Assembly: GCA_012295275.1 (NCBI GenBank)
Contig: CM022675.1
Location: 3,596,001-3,660,000, forward strand
Direction: 5' to 3'
DNA length: 64,000 bases
From: Chrysomallon squamiferum
Lineage: Eukaryota > Animalia > Mollusca
A program made the translations under genes and the position numbers. The notes beneath the pieces were generated by a model. The model made no database searches and had not been told where the DNA came from. It saw only the letters and a list, made by a program, of their open reading frames with translations. Below, piece after piece: positions 47,901 through 62,450 of the stretch. The first letter of the stretch is position 1. The number at the start of each line of letters is the position of its first letter.

Positions 47901-50900
47901 GAGGGAAGCCACACAGCTGATGAACAGGTGAAACTTGAATATAAAATATTTTATTTTATGTTTTTTTTAAATTTATTTATTTGTTTGTTTTGGGTTTTTT
48001 TTTTCAAATTAAGTTGCAAACAGATAAAGAGAAATAAAATCACTGTTTCTGTATGACTGTGTGTGTGTATGTATGTGCATGTCCATCCTCACACACACAC
48101 ACACACAAACATAAACACACAAACATACATGCATACTTTTTTTGGATTTCTTTAAAACATAAAGTTTACAAATTAGTTCACAGAATTAATACAACTTATG
48201 AACAAATGAAATTTAAAAAAAAATAATAAAAAAATTATTTCTACTTTGTATCTGAGATTTTTTTTTTTTTTTTTTTTTAAATTCTTAACTGTTTTTAAAT
48301 TAATTTTTACCAATTAATTGATAAAATGTTGGTCTCTTTTAGGGATAGGAATGTTAAAAAAACCAGGAAGCTTCTTACAAGAATTTTAGAATGATTGTTT
48401 TTCATTTAGTTATTATTATAAAATAATCAGTTACTCTGAATAAAGAGAACAGTTTTTGTTTTTAATAATTTTAATGTACAAAATAGTCATAGTAAAATGC
48501 AGATGTAAATTACATAAGATGAAAGATTTTATCCTTCACTGTCTTATTTCTTCTTCTTCTTCTTCTTCTTACTTATTATTTTTATTTATTGAGTTATTTT
48601 TTTTTTTTGTTCTATTTTAATATTTTTTCAGTGTTTTGTCCTCTCTGAACCTACCTGCCTCAATTGAGGATTTGTCTGGTAAAAAAGTTCCACAGTCTGT
48701 ACTGGACAAGGCAAACCAACTTCAGGAGCTAGGAGGCATCTCCTACCTGGAGAAACTCATGCAGGATCTGCCGGAATTGTTGGCACGAAACCGGGAAATT
48801 CTGGATGAGGTAAAATAAAAATTTTAAAAATTAATTAAATTGTTGAGTTTTTGGGTTTTTTTTTTTGGTTTTTTCACTAAGCCTAGTGATTGCCTTGTAA
48901 AAAAAAATTGATTATATGGTGGGTATTTATTATTATTATTAATATTTTTTTTTAAATTTATAATTTTATAATTTTTAATATTTTTAATTCTAATTTTAAT
49001 ATTTTTAATCATAAATGTTTTATTTAAATTTTTTTTTTATTTATTATTATTATTTTTTTTTCATAAAAATTTTTTTGTTACGATTAATTCATCAGTAAAT
49101 CTATCTGCTGCAATGTTGTTTGTGTTTGACCATCAGAAGATATTTATTGTTGTAGTTTATTTATCAGAAATATGTTTGTTAAGTTTTACGTTGTCTTTCA
49201 TGTTTTTTTGTTTTTTTTCTCCAGTCTATGAAGATGCTGGATGATGAAGAGAAGTCAGACCGTCAGCTGAGGGAACAGTTCAAGGAAAGATGGACAAGAA
49301 CCAGTTCAGAACAGCTGACAAAACCAATGCGAGAAGAAGGAATGAAATATGGAAGCATCCTTGCCAACGCCACAAACGCTGACAAAATCGTTAAAGAAAA
49401 ATACGACAAACACAAAGATGCCATTGCACTTCTGTCTAATCCCCAAGTAAGGAGAATTTAATAATTTATTGTATTCTGTTGTATTATGTTATGTCATGTT
49501 ACATTCTGTTCTGTTGTATTCCATTATACTGTATTACAATATATATATATATATTTCTTGTATTTATTTATTTTATTATTATTATATTTTTTAATTAATT
49601 CAAGTATTATTTTAATTCTTTTCTATTCTGGTTTTTTTTTTTATTTTATTTTATTTTATTTTATTTTATTTTATTTTATTTTATTCTGTTAATTATTTTA
49701 CTAATGTTCTCATTTCATATTTTTTTGTTAACGTTTATCATTAAACTGTCAAAGAGCATCTGATGACAAAAACATCAAGTTGTTACAACCACAAAGTTGT
49801 TAACAGTTACAATCTAACTGTAACAACACTTCAGGAGAGATTTTCCAGCCTCCTTCATGACAGAAAATAATTTGTTTTTAGTGCCTTCATAGTTAGCATT
49901 TACTTACAGTTTGGGTTTAATCACAGGCAACAAATTTAAAAAAAAAAAAAAATAATAATCTTTAAATTTGAAAATAATATTGATCAAGAATAAAATGGCA
50001 ATTTATAATAATTTTTTACTTCTTTTTTTCTTATTTGTATTTTTCCTTAATAACAAATTTTAATGTTTTGCCTTTCTCCTTCTTAATATTTTGGATTAAT
50101 AACTGCCAGTTTTTGTTTTGTTTTTGTTTTGTTTCAACAAGATTATTTTGTGTAGAAACTTGAAGATAATATTGATACATTGATAACATTTTTTATTTTC
50201 AAAAGAATCTTGAAAGCTCTCTGCCCCATGCCAGTGCAGAGGGGGGTTTACAGAACAGCTCTGTTGTCAAGGAATTGCGGTCACTCTGTGATGAGGTAGA
50301 AACAATAAAAGCTGAAAGAGATGCCATCGAATTGAGCATCAAAGACTCAACATTTGACATGGGTGAGTGGAAAACGGTATAAACGACTTTAAATAAACAT
50401 CATCTGTGACGTCAGTTCAGGAATTCAGTCACAATGTTTAAAAAAGAGCAAGAAAAAAAACAGAGAAAAAGTTTTGAAAATGACATACATATTTATTTCT
50501 TACCTAAAAAACATGATTATGATTATATTATGATTTTAACTATTTTTATTTTTTTGAGAATTTATTTTGTTTATATCTGTTTAAAGATTTTCATTGAGAT
50601 AAATTGAGATTAGTGTTTTTCTCTTCTTTTTTTTTTTTATCTGGTTGTTGAGAATTAAAAAAAGACAAAAAAAACTAGAAATAATTAAATATTACATATT
50701 TATTTCTGTTAACAATTTTTAATTTTTTTTTTTTTTATCTGGTTCTTGAGAACAAAAAAAAGCCCACAGAAAATACAGTAAAAATAATTAGATAATATCA
50801 CTTAACATAAATTGTAATTAGTATTTACCTTTTTTCTGCATCATTTAATTTATTTTTTTAAATGTTTTTATTATTATTTTTATTATTAAAATTTTATTCG

Positions 50901-52299
50901 GTTCGAGAGAATTTTAAAAAAAAACAATTAACAAGTTGATTTTAATATTTATTCAGACTACAGCTATCTTTCATAAAAATTGTAAATGATTAATTTTTAT
51001 TTCGTAAGAAGTTATAAATATTTTTTGTTTTCTAGCTCCGAAATTCTTTGCGGCCATGTCCAGTGATGGAATGATTCCGGAAGAGTCGATATCAACGGCC
51101 GAACTCGATCAAGTTTATTCACCTCTGAGAGAGCAGGTTTCCGAGAGCATTCACAGACAAGAAAATATACTTGCTCGAATTCAAGTAAATATTTTATTTC
51201 TTTGTTACTTTAACTTTTGTAAAAGATCATACACCCTCATAAATACCGTAATTAGAAAATGTATAGGTTAATGGTCACGTTATTGTTTTGTTTCTTTTTG
51301 TGTTTTTTTTTAGTTTCCTGTAAAACATAATTAACTATTGGATTTAAGATCACAAATAAAGTTTTTATTTAAAAATTTTATTTTTATTTTTTATTTTTTC
51401 ATTTTCATTTTCATTTATTTTATTTTTATTTTCTAATAGAATCATTTGAATGTTCTAATTCTTTCCAAGGACATTGGTTTTTGCAACTTAACTTGTTTTG
51501 AAGTAAACATCTTTATTGCTGTTAGAGATTTATTTTAAGAATGACATTTTACAGAAGTTACAAATACTAGTCACAGTTATAACCTAGTGCATTAACAGTA
51601 AAAGCAGTGCATTAAAAATATATTATAAAATTTTAAACTTTTTTTTTCACTTACGACTAACAGTGAATTTTATAATGCCATAAACTAAAAATTTAATATT
51701 TAAAATTTTAGATATTTAAATTAGAATATTCAAAAAAAAAAATAAAAAAAAAAATCCCTACTTTTGTAGTTTTTCAGTGACAATTTGTGTATTTATGTAT
51801 ATTGAAATTTTTTAATATTTTCCTTTGCCACATCATGAATTATAGATTAGAAATACGATGTATCAGATATTTAAATGAGACCGTTTTTAAAGTAATAAAT
51901 GTGTTAGGAAATCACACACACACAGAGTAATAGTGCTTGGTATGTTTGGTCTGGCTGAACAGATAACCTTTGACCTCACAATTAGAAACACTGACTGGGT
52001 ATAAAATTGGGACATGACTTCCAAAGAGTTGACAATAAATCGTTGTTAAAGAGTGATTATTCATTTAAATTTTAAATATTTGAATTGGAGAATGTAAAGA
52101 GCATGTTTTTCATTGCTTTGTGTGTTTATTTAATTGAATATTTGTAAAATTTTAAATAATTTAATTCGAGAATGTTCATATCCTGTTTTAGAATGTTAAT
52201 ATGTATAATTTTTAAAATGTATAAATCGTTTAAATTTCTCAAATTTATTCATTTATTTTTTATTACTATTACTTTTTTAATTTCATTTTAATTTTTTTA

Positions 52300-52336
<37 letters not shown>

Positions 52337-55300
52337 TCCATGTTAAATTATGAAACCTTTATTAGAAATATTCCAAGCTAAAATGATGAATTCTGTAAAT
52401 AATTTTTAAAAATTATTAAATTTCAGAACGCTAACACTGAGTTCAGCAGCGCGAAATCTTCAAACCAGTCAGCAGCTCAGAGAGACACAATCCTCAAAGA
52501 TCTCGCATCTGGTTTCGACATGTACATGGAACTGAAAGGAAACCTGGAGGAGGGTACCAAGGTAAAACTCCATTTTACTTCATCTCTCTCTCTCTCTCAT
52601 TTAAACAACAAATTTCACTCTAATCGGAGTGCTTAGATAATGTCCTGAAATCATAAATATTAACTACCACCAAATCTCCATCAATAATCGATTGATACAC
52701 ATTAGAACACATCTGCAAAAAGAAATGCATTTATTTTGTATATCATTAAAAATCAGATGACAGTTTTGATAAAATTCTGAATAATAATAAGAGATAGCTG
52801 TGTATTTTCTGAAAGCTGGAGCTTTTTGCTATCCAGACAAACATATTTTATTACGATTTGATGAACAAGATAGATGATTTATGAAACTAAATTGATTGAA
52901 ATTTTAAAACGTCTGTCAGAAACAGACACATTCATTGAGGTGAAAAGTGTTTTTATATACCTAGTTTTATCTTCATAAAATCAACAGTATATTTGTTTAA
53001 TGTCATTGAAAATCTGAACAAGACACCTTCAAGATAGCATTAAACAAGTAATGCAGTTTTGTAAATTGGCATTTTCATCCTTGAAGAATTAAAATTTGTG
53101 AGTGAAGATTAAATAATCCACAATATAGCTAGAAATAAACAATTCAAGCCAGCAGAACTGAACTTTATTTACACTCAGGCCATAGTCTACGGCATATGAA
53201 GATAAAATTCATACAAAATTTAATGTTTGTACCAATTATAACAGATAGAACAAGATGGTGGATTTACAATAATGTACATAATAATAAAATATATAAAATA
53301 TATCAATATAGTTCCTTTGATTCTTAAAAAACATACATGTAAATATATAATGAAACTGATCTCCAGTGTCATAGTTGTTACACAATGGACATATTCTGTT
53401 TTCTAATGGTATATTTTTCCATCTTCCCATCAAAGAACAAACCACCAGATTTTATTGACAACATGAAAACATTGAACTAGATTTATTTCAGAAGTTGAAA
53501 GATAGTCATAAATTATTTTTGTAATATTAAAATGTTATATTGTCAGTAAATTATGTTTTATAGGAAAACAAAACAAAAAAAACAAAAAAAAATGTAGAAT
53601 ATATTTCTAAATATTTAAGTGTTAAACAGTTTCTATTATTTATCATTTATAAATATTACTGTCAGTTTTATAAAGTTACCTGAAATTTGGTCAGAAATAA
53701 ATGCAGTTCAAGAATTATAATGATAAAAAATTTAAAAAAGATAATTGATAATGTAATTCATTTAAATGAAGTAAATTGTAACAATTGATTTTAAAATGCT
53801 GATGAAAATATTAACGTCTCATATAGAAATTTTCATTTAAAAAAAAACAAAAACATTTTACATTAAAAAATGAAAAACAGAAATGATTTTATATATCATA
53901 TATACACACACAAACACACACATTAATAGTAAAAAAAATTATTAAGATGTAAATGAAACATTATAAGTTTCAAATACCAGATGCTTTCTTTAAAAGTAAT
54001 CCATTGAAGGAAATTTGTCAAAAATTTATTTTCACTGGATCAAAAATAATTATTAAACAACACTTGTGTGAATCTAAATTAAATCCTGGAAACAACTAAA
54101 ACATACAAACCTGGGGTTATTTTTTTTTTTTTAATTTATATTGAAATATGTACAAATTATTTCTTTGTTATTCCCTGCTTAGATATGTGTTCCTGTTCAT
54201 GGGTGAGAGCTTTAAAACATTTCTTCCTGCTAAGTATTAAGAAAAACCCACAGAGAAAAGTCAGCATGTTTTAATTCTTACATCATCATTAAAAAAATAT
54301 ACAAGGAACTGGTATTAAATAAATATTGAATTACTCCATGTTTATTTGTTCTTTCTAAAGTTCAGGTGTAACCAGGAAATTATTTGTAATTTCTTAGATT
54401 TATTTTTAAATAGTACATGAAAGTTATTTGAAATTTTACCTGGCATGTTTTATCTAATTTATTTTTAAGCTTTGTAAAAAAAAAAAAATAATAATAAAAA
54501 AAATAATGTTGTTCTTAAAATATACAGAATATGATGTCAGCTTTTATTTTCTTCATACATCAGCATCAACATCATACGTATGTTACATTAATATAATTGT
54601 ACTCACCATCATTATCATCAAATTCATCATCATCATCATCATCATTATTATTATTAAAAAATGCCTGAGTGAAATGTAAACTTATTAAGATTATAAAAAA
54701 AGTTAACATGGTATTCAGCTTCATAATTTTCAATTCTAAATTTGCTGTCCATCATTTTTGTCATCTTTTTGTCATCATCATCACAGTCACCAGTGTTAAC
54801 ATAGCTGTCATCATCATCATCATCAGTAGTATATAATGAATGAAATGTAAACTTACTAAGGTTATACAAAAATGTTAACAACCTACACAACTTTATAATT
54901 TTCATTTCTAAATTCATTGTCATCATCTTCAGTATTATTTTATTATTATAATTACCATTACATCATTGTTATCATTGTAATTATTATTATTATTATTATT
55001 ATTGATATATGCACTGGTGAGATAATATGTCTACATAAAACAGATGTTGTTTCTCTAGTGCAAATTGAAATAATTAAGTGTACTCTGGTGTCCAGTTTAA
55101 CAAGGACACATGCTGATTTTATAAACCTTAGTCACAGTTACATGACAACAATCAGGTTTTAGGTTTTAGTGACACGAGTAGATCATCAAAATGAGGCATG
55201 AGAAATATTTTTAAATAAATAGACGTTTAGAGAAATAGACTATATGAATTGAAAGTAATTTTGGAAGAGAACAACAACAACAACAACAAAAATAGTGATA

Positions 55301-58300
55301 ATAATAAAATTAAAAACTAAACTAAACTAAAGTAAAACAAAGTAAAAAAAATAATAATAATAAAATAAAAAATAATAAATAAAACAAAAAAAACAATTTT
55401 AGTCATTACGAAAATGAATCCAAAGATTTTGGTAGACATGTACCAGATGTCCAAAGTTCTAGAAGGCAGTGGAAAAAGTCGCAGTTCCGGTGGCCATGGA
55501 AACGAACTAAAAACTTTAGCAGTAACTCAGGGCTTGCAAGAAATTTCCAAATTTGTCAGCAGATCATCAGAGAAACACAGTGAAAGTGAAAACCGAAAAC
55601 ACCAAGGATCTTTAGTGGATGAAGGTCTTAAACAAATTTCAAAATTTCTAGGAAACAAAACCGACAAGCAACAAGCTTACCCAAAAAAAGATTTGAGAAA
55701 TATCGGAGAACAGAAAATTATTGAAAATGGTTTTTACGATGGTAGCAGCAGTTCCTCGGATTTTGACTACAGAGGGAGAGATGTGTTTGTTGGAGAACGT
55801 AAGTTGAAATATTTTGTTTTTTAATTAATTTTTTTTAATTTCAGTTTTATAATGATCTAACACCACTGCTAGTCCGACTGCAAGGAAAGATTTCTGATTT
55901 CTGTTTCGCTCGAAAGACAGAGAAAGATGAGTTGATGGCAGATTTACAAAAGTCGATTGTCAACACCCCCTCCCAGGCCCCACCCGTTGCACCCCGCTAT
56001 CAGGGTGGGCCAGGGACAGGAGGTAAGTTTATGGACTTGAATAAATGTTTGTGTTAGAATGTGTCAACAGAATAAGAAATATTTTTAGATACTTTGTAGA
56101 TTTTTATATTAATACTTGTGCTAAATGCTGTCCATATAGGTAAAATTAAAACTAAACAAATAAATAAATAAATACAAAATCAATACAAAAATAAAATTAA
56201 TTACAAAAAAATAATAATAATAATAAATAACAGGAACCCACCTTTTAATGGCATTCAGAACAGGTATTAATGACATCAAACAAATAATTATTTCTGTAGA
56301 TTTTTTTTTGGTAGATGCTTGATTGTTGTTGCTTTTTTATTTTTAGTTATGCACATTTTGGTTTTCTGAATAAAAACTCTGATGTGGATTTTGTTGATTA
56401 ACATCAACTTATCATCAGTAATCATTCAGAAATAACAACTCATTCAGACAGTTGAGTTTTAATTAGAGGTGAACAGTAATGGGATCAAATCTGGTGACCT
56501 TTTCACTCTGACTTTTTACCAATCCAACCTGTGCTCAAAAAAAAAAAATCATTCTCTCTCATCAGCTGTCGTTAGTAAATTAAAACTATTAAAAAATTCC
56601 TCTTCTGTTTTTTAATAATAACATTTATTAACCAATTGCAGTGGATTTCTTTCTAGTGATAATAAAAACACATTGAATATTCTTTTATTTGTTTGCAGAT
56701 TATAGATTTTCTGCAACTTCAGAATTTAAAAAAAAAAAAATTAAAAAAAGATAAAGAAAAAAAGACATTCCATGTATTTTAAATAATCATAGATTATAGA
56801 TTTTCTGCAACCAGAGAATTAAAAAAAAAAAAATTAAAAATAGACTTTCCATGTATTTTAAATAATCATAGATTATGGATTTTCTGCAAATACAGAATTT
56901 TTAAAATTTTTAAAAAAAAGAAAAAGAAAAAAAAGACATTCCATGCATTTTAAATAATCATTAATTCTCTGGTTAACACACTAATTAATTAATTCAAATG
57001 CAAAGTGAAGGGAAAGGAGTATTTGCAGAAATGAGGACATTAATGGGTTTTTTTTTCAGATGTGTGTTATTAATATGTTAATGTTGTAAACTGTTAACTG
57101 CTACTTCTTCTCATTGTATAAATTCAAATTCAAATTTATTACATGTAAAATAAAATCTGTGAAATATAAACCTTATTGTGCTTCTATAAAAAAAAGAAAA
57201 TTAGAACAGTTTCATTGTAAAATAAACTTTTTAAAATCAGTTATACAAATAATACCTGAGACCTGAAAAATATTTTCATTTCCATTAAAGGTTAAATACG
57301 TACCTGTATTTTTTGTATGTGTGAATGTTGTCGGGGTTTTTTGGTTGTTTTTTTTTAAATTTATTTATTTATTTTAAAATTGATTTGTATATTTATTTTG
57401 TTTGTTAGTTTTGTTTTATTTGTAGTTGTAGTCTTCAACTTAGTTTTTTTTTGTTACTAGCATCAGACAAAAGTACAAATGACACACGGGTGCCTCCCCC
57501 CAGGCCCCCACCCCCTTCAATTCCTAAAAGCACTCCCTCTGGTGTACCACAGACAGTAGCAGCAACCACTGCTGGTATGTTTTGTTTGTTTGTTTGTTTG
57601 TTGTTGTTTTTTGTATTTTATTCTTGCATGCTTTCTCTTCTATAGCTTTGGTTTTTGTTGTTACGTTTTTGTTTTTCTTTTTAAAATAAAGTTTTCACTA
57701 ACATTGACTACTGGTATGGGGTAATTAATAATATAATATTCTTCTTTATAATTTGTAATTTATTTTTGTCTAACTCTTTGTTCTGATTGATGTTGTTTTC
57801 TGAATTGGCATCATGGTATGAATAAAAATAAAAAAATAAAAAAATCTTTTACTAATTGATTTTATGTGATCAAGGAATAAATAATTATATTTTTTTGTTT
57901 GTATCAATTCTCAAACCATTTTTCCATGCTGCAACAAACATTTTTTTTTTAAATATATAAAAATTAACCCCCAAAATTGAAAAAACACCTTTAATAAAAA
58001 TTTTAAATATATGCATATAGGTAGATAGGTAGATACAAAAATTCATAAGGTGACCTATCACCTATGAATAATTTGTCATGAATTGCTCTGTATGCTCTGT
58101 TTTGCAATTCTCTGTTACTTACTCACTCTGCTGTTGCAGCTTCTGCTCCCCCCGGGTCAGCCACCACCCCCCAGATGCCATACCCAGCCACACCCATGCA
58201 GCCTGGCCAACAACAATACCCAGGTAGGTTGTCCACCCAGCTTTTATACTGGACACTTGGACTTTGTGTAGAGTAGGTTTACTCTGTGTGTGTTTGTAAA

Positions 58301-59331
58301 CCAGCTAGACAAATGGACAGTTTTGTTTCTGTGTGGCTTCTTTTCTTTTCTTTTCTTTCTTTTTTCTTTTAAGGTGTGGGAGATTTCTCTTCAAAAGGCA
58401 AAAAATTGGCTCTTTTGATGTGAGTTGAATGTTTTAGTAAATGCACATCGACTCATAAGCATTTTGAAATTACAGCTGCCCTTCAGAAATGTGTCTGGTG
58501 TCATAAAGACTCATGTTTACAAATATGAGACATTTCATTCAGATTTAACAAATGTCCTTTTGTATAGAAAAAAAAAGGAAATTTTTATGATTATGATTAC
58601 AATTATTATTATTATTGTTGTTGTTGTATGTTTAATTTTGTTTATATATTTGAAAGAAGTGTTTCTCAGAACAGAAACAGAAATTAATTAGTTTGTTACG
58701 AGTAATAAGTATTTAATTATTACATACCTACTGTTAATTATTTTATAGGCAGTGCTGGGAGATATTTAAATTTATTGTTCTTTCTAATATATATTGATTA
58801 TTATTTCCTTTTATGTTTTTTGTTTATTTAAATTAATTTCTGTGGTGTTCTGTACTAATTTTATTATTAAGTTTTTTTTTTTTTTTTTTTTTGAATGTTT
58901 GTATATTTTTACATTTAAATTGAAATGTTTTTTTTATTATTTTGTTGTTCAGATATTGCTTTTAAAAAAAAAAAATTTAAAGTATATTTGTTTAAATTCA
59001 TTTTTGGAAATTGATCTGTAAATGTATAATTAGTCACATATATGTCTAAGAACAGTAATTTAAAAAAAAAAAAATAATTAAATTCTCATTTACATTCATT
59101 GTTTTAAATAAATAGGTTTGAAAAAATAAATGTGTGTTTCAGAGCAAATGAATTACAAATACTTTGTTTTTCAGTACATTGCAAACAAGTAATCAGAACT
59201 TGTAAACTCAGAATTTATTTTTTTTTTATTTTTTTTTACCTAGTGAAGCTTAATTTAAAAATTATAAAGACAAACTGCATTATCTTAAAAAAGGAAAAAT
59301 TGAAACAGTAATTTTAAAAAATGTTTTCATG

Positions 59332-59386
<55 letters not shown>

Positions 59387-59801
59387 TAAAGTGATTCAAA
59401 TGTATGGTTCACAAAAAGAAGAAAAAAAAAGTAACATAAATAATCTTATTTTCTTCTGAAATCACTATTTGTGTGTGTATATATCTGCTTGTTAACACTT
59501 TATTAAAAGTTTAACATTTCTGTTTTTTCTAGGTTACGGAGCCCCGCCAGTCTCTGCCCCTGGAGGACCTGGGGCGGGGGCATCGTGGAGTGCTCCCTAC
59601 CCTCAGGGATCCTACCAAGGTCAGATGCCAATGCCCACATCATACAACCCATACAATCCCTATATGAGTTATGGACAACCTCCTGCCTTCGGACAGCCAC
59701 CTCAGTATCCTGGACAGCAACCTGGGTATACTGGGCAGCAGCCACCCTACCCCTACCCCAACTACCCTAATCAACAGTACCCACAACAACAGTGGCGTTG
59801 A
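39581..59801 (+). CDS. PDCD6IP: Programmed cell death 6-interacting protein (ALIX; Bro1 + V + proline-rich domains), 18 exons, 889 aa
   Basis: Exons 39581-39783, 41061-41115, 43656-43725, 44249-44376, 44490-44643, 45246-45355, 45888-46004, 47015-47237, 47804-47927, 48632-48809, 49225-49446, 50206-50362, 51036-51184, 52427-52561, 55845-56022, 57461-57574, 58140-58223 and 59533-59801 are all GT-AG and in phase (2670 nt). ALIX motifs include [69 protein letters not shown] and ARKTEKDEL, with a Pro/Tyr/Gln tail containing PPYPYP. Confidence 0.97.
42048..42310 (+). pseudogene. Frameshifted FLYWCH zinc-finger fragment, probably the 5' part of a MULE-type transposase
   Basis: Three frames join as [29 protein letters not shown] / [17 protein letters not shown] / [32 protein letters not shown], which fits the FLYWCH pattern (S.RG..L..GY.F, YW.C, C, H.H.P). 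Inverted sequence accccatttgt(g/c)agac at ~41657 and ~43285-43300 suggests element ends near 41651 and 43332. Confidence 0.7.
42420..43165. repeat. Tandem repeat, ~68 bp unit, ~11 copies, inside the nested element
   Basis: The unit gtgctgtgctctagactgtattaacttattttaactatttaactgtaaattctgttatgcgaacttata is repeated head-to-tail. Confidence 0.95.
53230..53510 (-). mobile_element. 5'-truncated non-LTR retrotransposon (LINE) ORF2 3' fragment
   Basis: [38 protein letters not shown] matches the C-terminal CxxC...HxxxxC knuckle (GRW..I...RIC..C....GDEFH....C) seen in invertebrate LINE ORF2 proteins. Confidence 0.8.
55414..55798 (+). CDS. Candidate alternative coding exon in PDCD6IP intron 14 (128 codons + 1 nt)
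   Basis: A non-repetitive, exon-like ORF sits in otherwise AT-rich intron and ends at a consensus donor (AAC|gtaagt, 55799). Its phase 1 is compatible with exon 16 (57461) but not with exon 15. Confidence 0.55.
56695..56962. repeat. Intronic tandem repeat, ~90 bp x3
   Basis: agattatagattttctgcaa...gaattt(a)n...gacattccatgtattttaaataatcat is repeated three times. Confidence 0.85.
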
Positions 59802-60603
59802 CATTTTCTGTGATAGAAAGTTTTTTTTTTTTTTTTTTTTTGCAATGTGACACTTCTTAATACATTCTGTTGTTTGAAATATTTTAAACAAATATTTCTT
59901 TTCTATTTCTTGTTTAATTTGGATTTTTTTTTCTGAAGTGTGATGATTAATCTTCATATTTAAAATATTTGTTTAAATTGTTGGTGTTTTTTTGTGCGTG
60001 TTGGATTTATTTTTTCTTTATTTATTTATTTTTTTTTTTTTTCTTTTTTATTTTATTTTTTTATCTCTTTTTTTTTAATCTTTAAATTATATCTAAGATG
60101 TCTATATTTGAGGTATAATCTTTCAAATTCGTTTGAATAATAATGGAAGAAATTACTTTTTATGTGTAGTTTAATTTAGCTGTTGTTGATTTTTCTTTTA
60201 AAGTTTTGTTTCTGAGAAATCAGTTCATTATCATAATAATTATTATTAACTTCAGTTTAACCTAACATTTTTTTTAATAATAATTTTTTTTTTTAAATTA
60301 CTTTGTTGTGTTGTGTGTTAAGAAATCTTGTTGTAAATATATTGAAACTATTTTTATTTTCCTAATTTAAATCCAGTTCAAAGTAATAATAAGAATAAAA
60401 AAAAAAGTGATTTCACAAAGCTGTTAATAATGATTGTTGTGGTGTTTGTTACTGAAAAGCCCATTTGACTGTTTACAATTAAAACAAAAAATTATTCAAA
60501 TATTTCTTTTGATGTAGAAAATTCATCATTTTCTTTTCATATGGATTGTATGAATTTATCTTTCTTTAAAAAGATGTAATTATTTTGAATAATTTTTTTG
60601 TTG

Positions 60604-60652
<49 letters not shown>

Positions 60653-60706
60653 TACTTGTTGTGATAATATCACTTAGCTTTAAGAAGGTTTTTAATTTTA
60701 TTTATT

Positions 60707-60760
<54 letters not shown>

Positions 60761-62417
60761 AAAAAATTTCACCATGTGCTGTATCTGGCAAAATGCACTA
60801 AATCTCAATGAAAACTTTTTTTTAATTTTTTTTAATTTTTTTTAGGAAATGGGCTTTCTCATTTCTGTTTGATGTGGGTTTAAATGTATATTCAGATAAA
60901 CTTCTTATTTGCTGTCTGTCATACCCAGACATAAAAATATTTTCTTGTTTGAGAACTGTCTCAGTCTAGATAAAAGTACACTTTTCCATTCATATCTATT
61001 TTTTATTTTTCTTAATTCTTTCTCTCTTCTTTATTTACATTCATGAACGAAATATAAAATAAATAAATAAATAAATAATAATAACATTTCCATAACAACA
61101 TATTTGTGTAAAGATTTAATGGTGTTGGAGATAGGAATAACAGATAGATGTTTTAGAATGCAGAAATTTGTATCTTATGTGTACATCCACTATATATTTT
61201 GAAGTTTATGAACAGCATTTTCTACCATACACTCAAATTAAATTTTTACATGTCATAAAGTCCTCTTTTTTTTGTGTTTTTTTTGCATTTCTCATAAAAA
61301 TAAGGTTTTTCAGATTGTATGGAATAAAATGTTACAGTTTCATCTTGTAAAAATGATATGTGAATGTTTTCAAATTGTCCTTGGAAGAAATGTAAATAAG
61401 CTGTCCATCAGCTACTCTAAAACCAAACTTGTTTTATTTTGTTAGATTTTGCTTTCTGTTCAAATACTAATATGCATTTTCATATTTTCTCGACTGTTAG
61501 AAAATGTTAATGTTGCTTTTGTAACCTCCTCTCCTTGTTGATACAAGCACTGTTTTAGTGACCTATTTTAATATAAACAGAGAATTATAGAAAGTCCTGG
61601 TTATGTGTAGCAACAGATTTAAGTATTCTAGGTGACAGTCCCTCCATCCTCACAACTCCCCCCATTTAGATAATCATCTAGTAATTTCTAAAAATTACTG
61701 AAAATTTATCAAACAAAATTTATTTATTGATTTAAAATAATAATAATATTGTATTTCAATAAACCTTCCATATGATTTTATGACAAATGTTTATCAAAAA
61801 ATATGTTCAATAGTTAATTACTAGACAAGATATTTTATTTCCCAGTTACAAGATGTTTTTGACTGAAATTCCAATTCTGGCAGCCAAATGCTCCCCATTA
61901 GAAGATCACTAGTCAAATTTGAAAAGTTTTATGGTTAAATAAATAAATAAATATTATTTCCTATCTGGTGCAGAATTTCTTAGGTGCAGTTAATTGTTCC
62001 ATTACAGGCCTGCTTGAATATTCATCATAGCAATATGCCTAAAATTAGTAATATTAATAAAAGTGAAATATGTTTTAGTTAATAACTGTATCATACCCAT
62101 TGCTTGTTTATTGTTGTTAATGTAATTATATGTAAATTTATATTCTCTGACCAATTTAAGTGTAGACACTTTTTGACAGTTACAAACAATATTATTATTA
62201 TTATTTATGTGTTATTATAGGTGAATTATTGTAGGTGAATTTTGATGATGTTTTCCCATTATATATGTTAATTATGCACATTTTTTTTCTTATAGAATGC
62301 AGTTGGCACATCAAAGGATATTTGTAATATCATAATGCTTCTAATAAATATGTGATTTATAATCATCACAAATTTAATAAATATTTCAACTTCTTAGTTC
62401 ATTATTTTTTTTTTCTT

Positions 62418-62450
<33 letters not shown>

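Noticed and set aside
59503-59957. Minus-strand and alternative-frame ORFs over the last ALIX exon
   Set aside because: They are shadows of the GC-rich Pro/Gln/Tyr coding exon and have no independent splice or start support.
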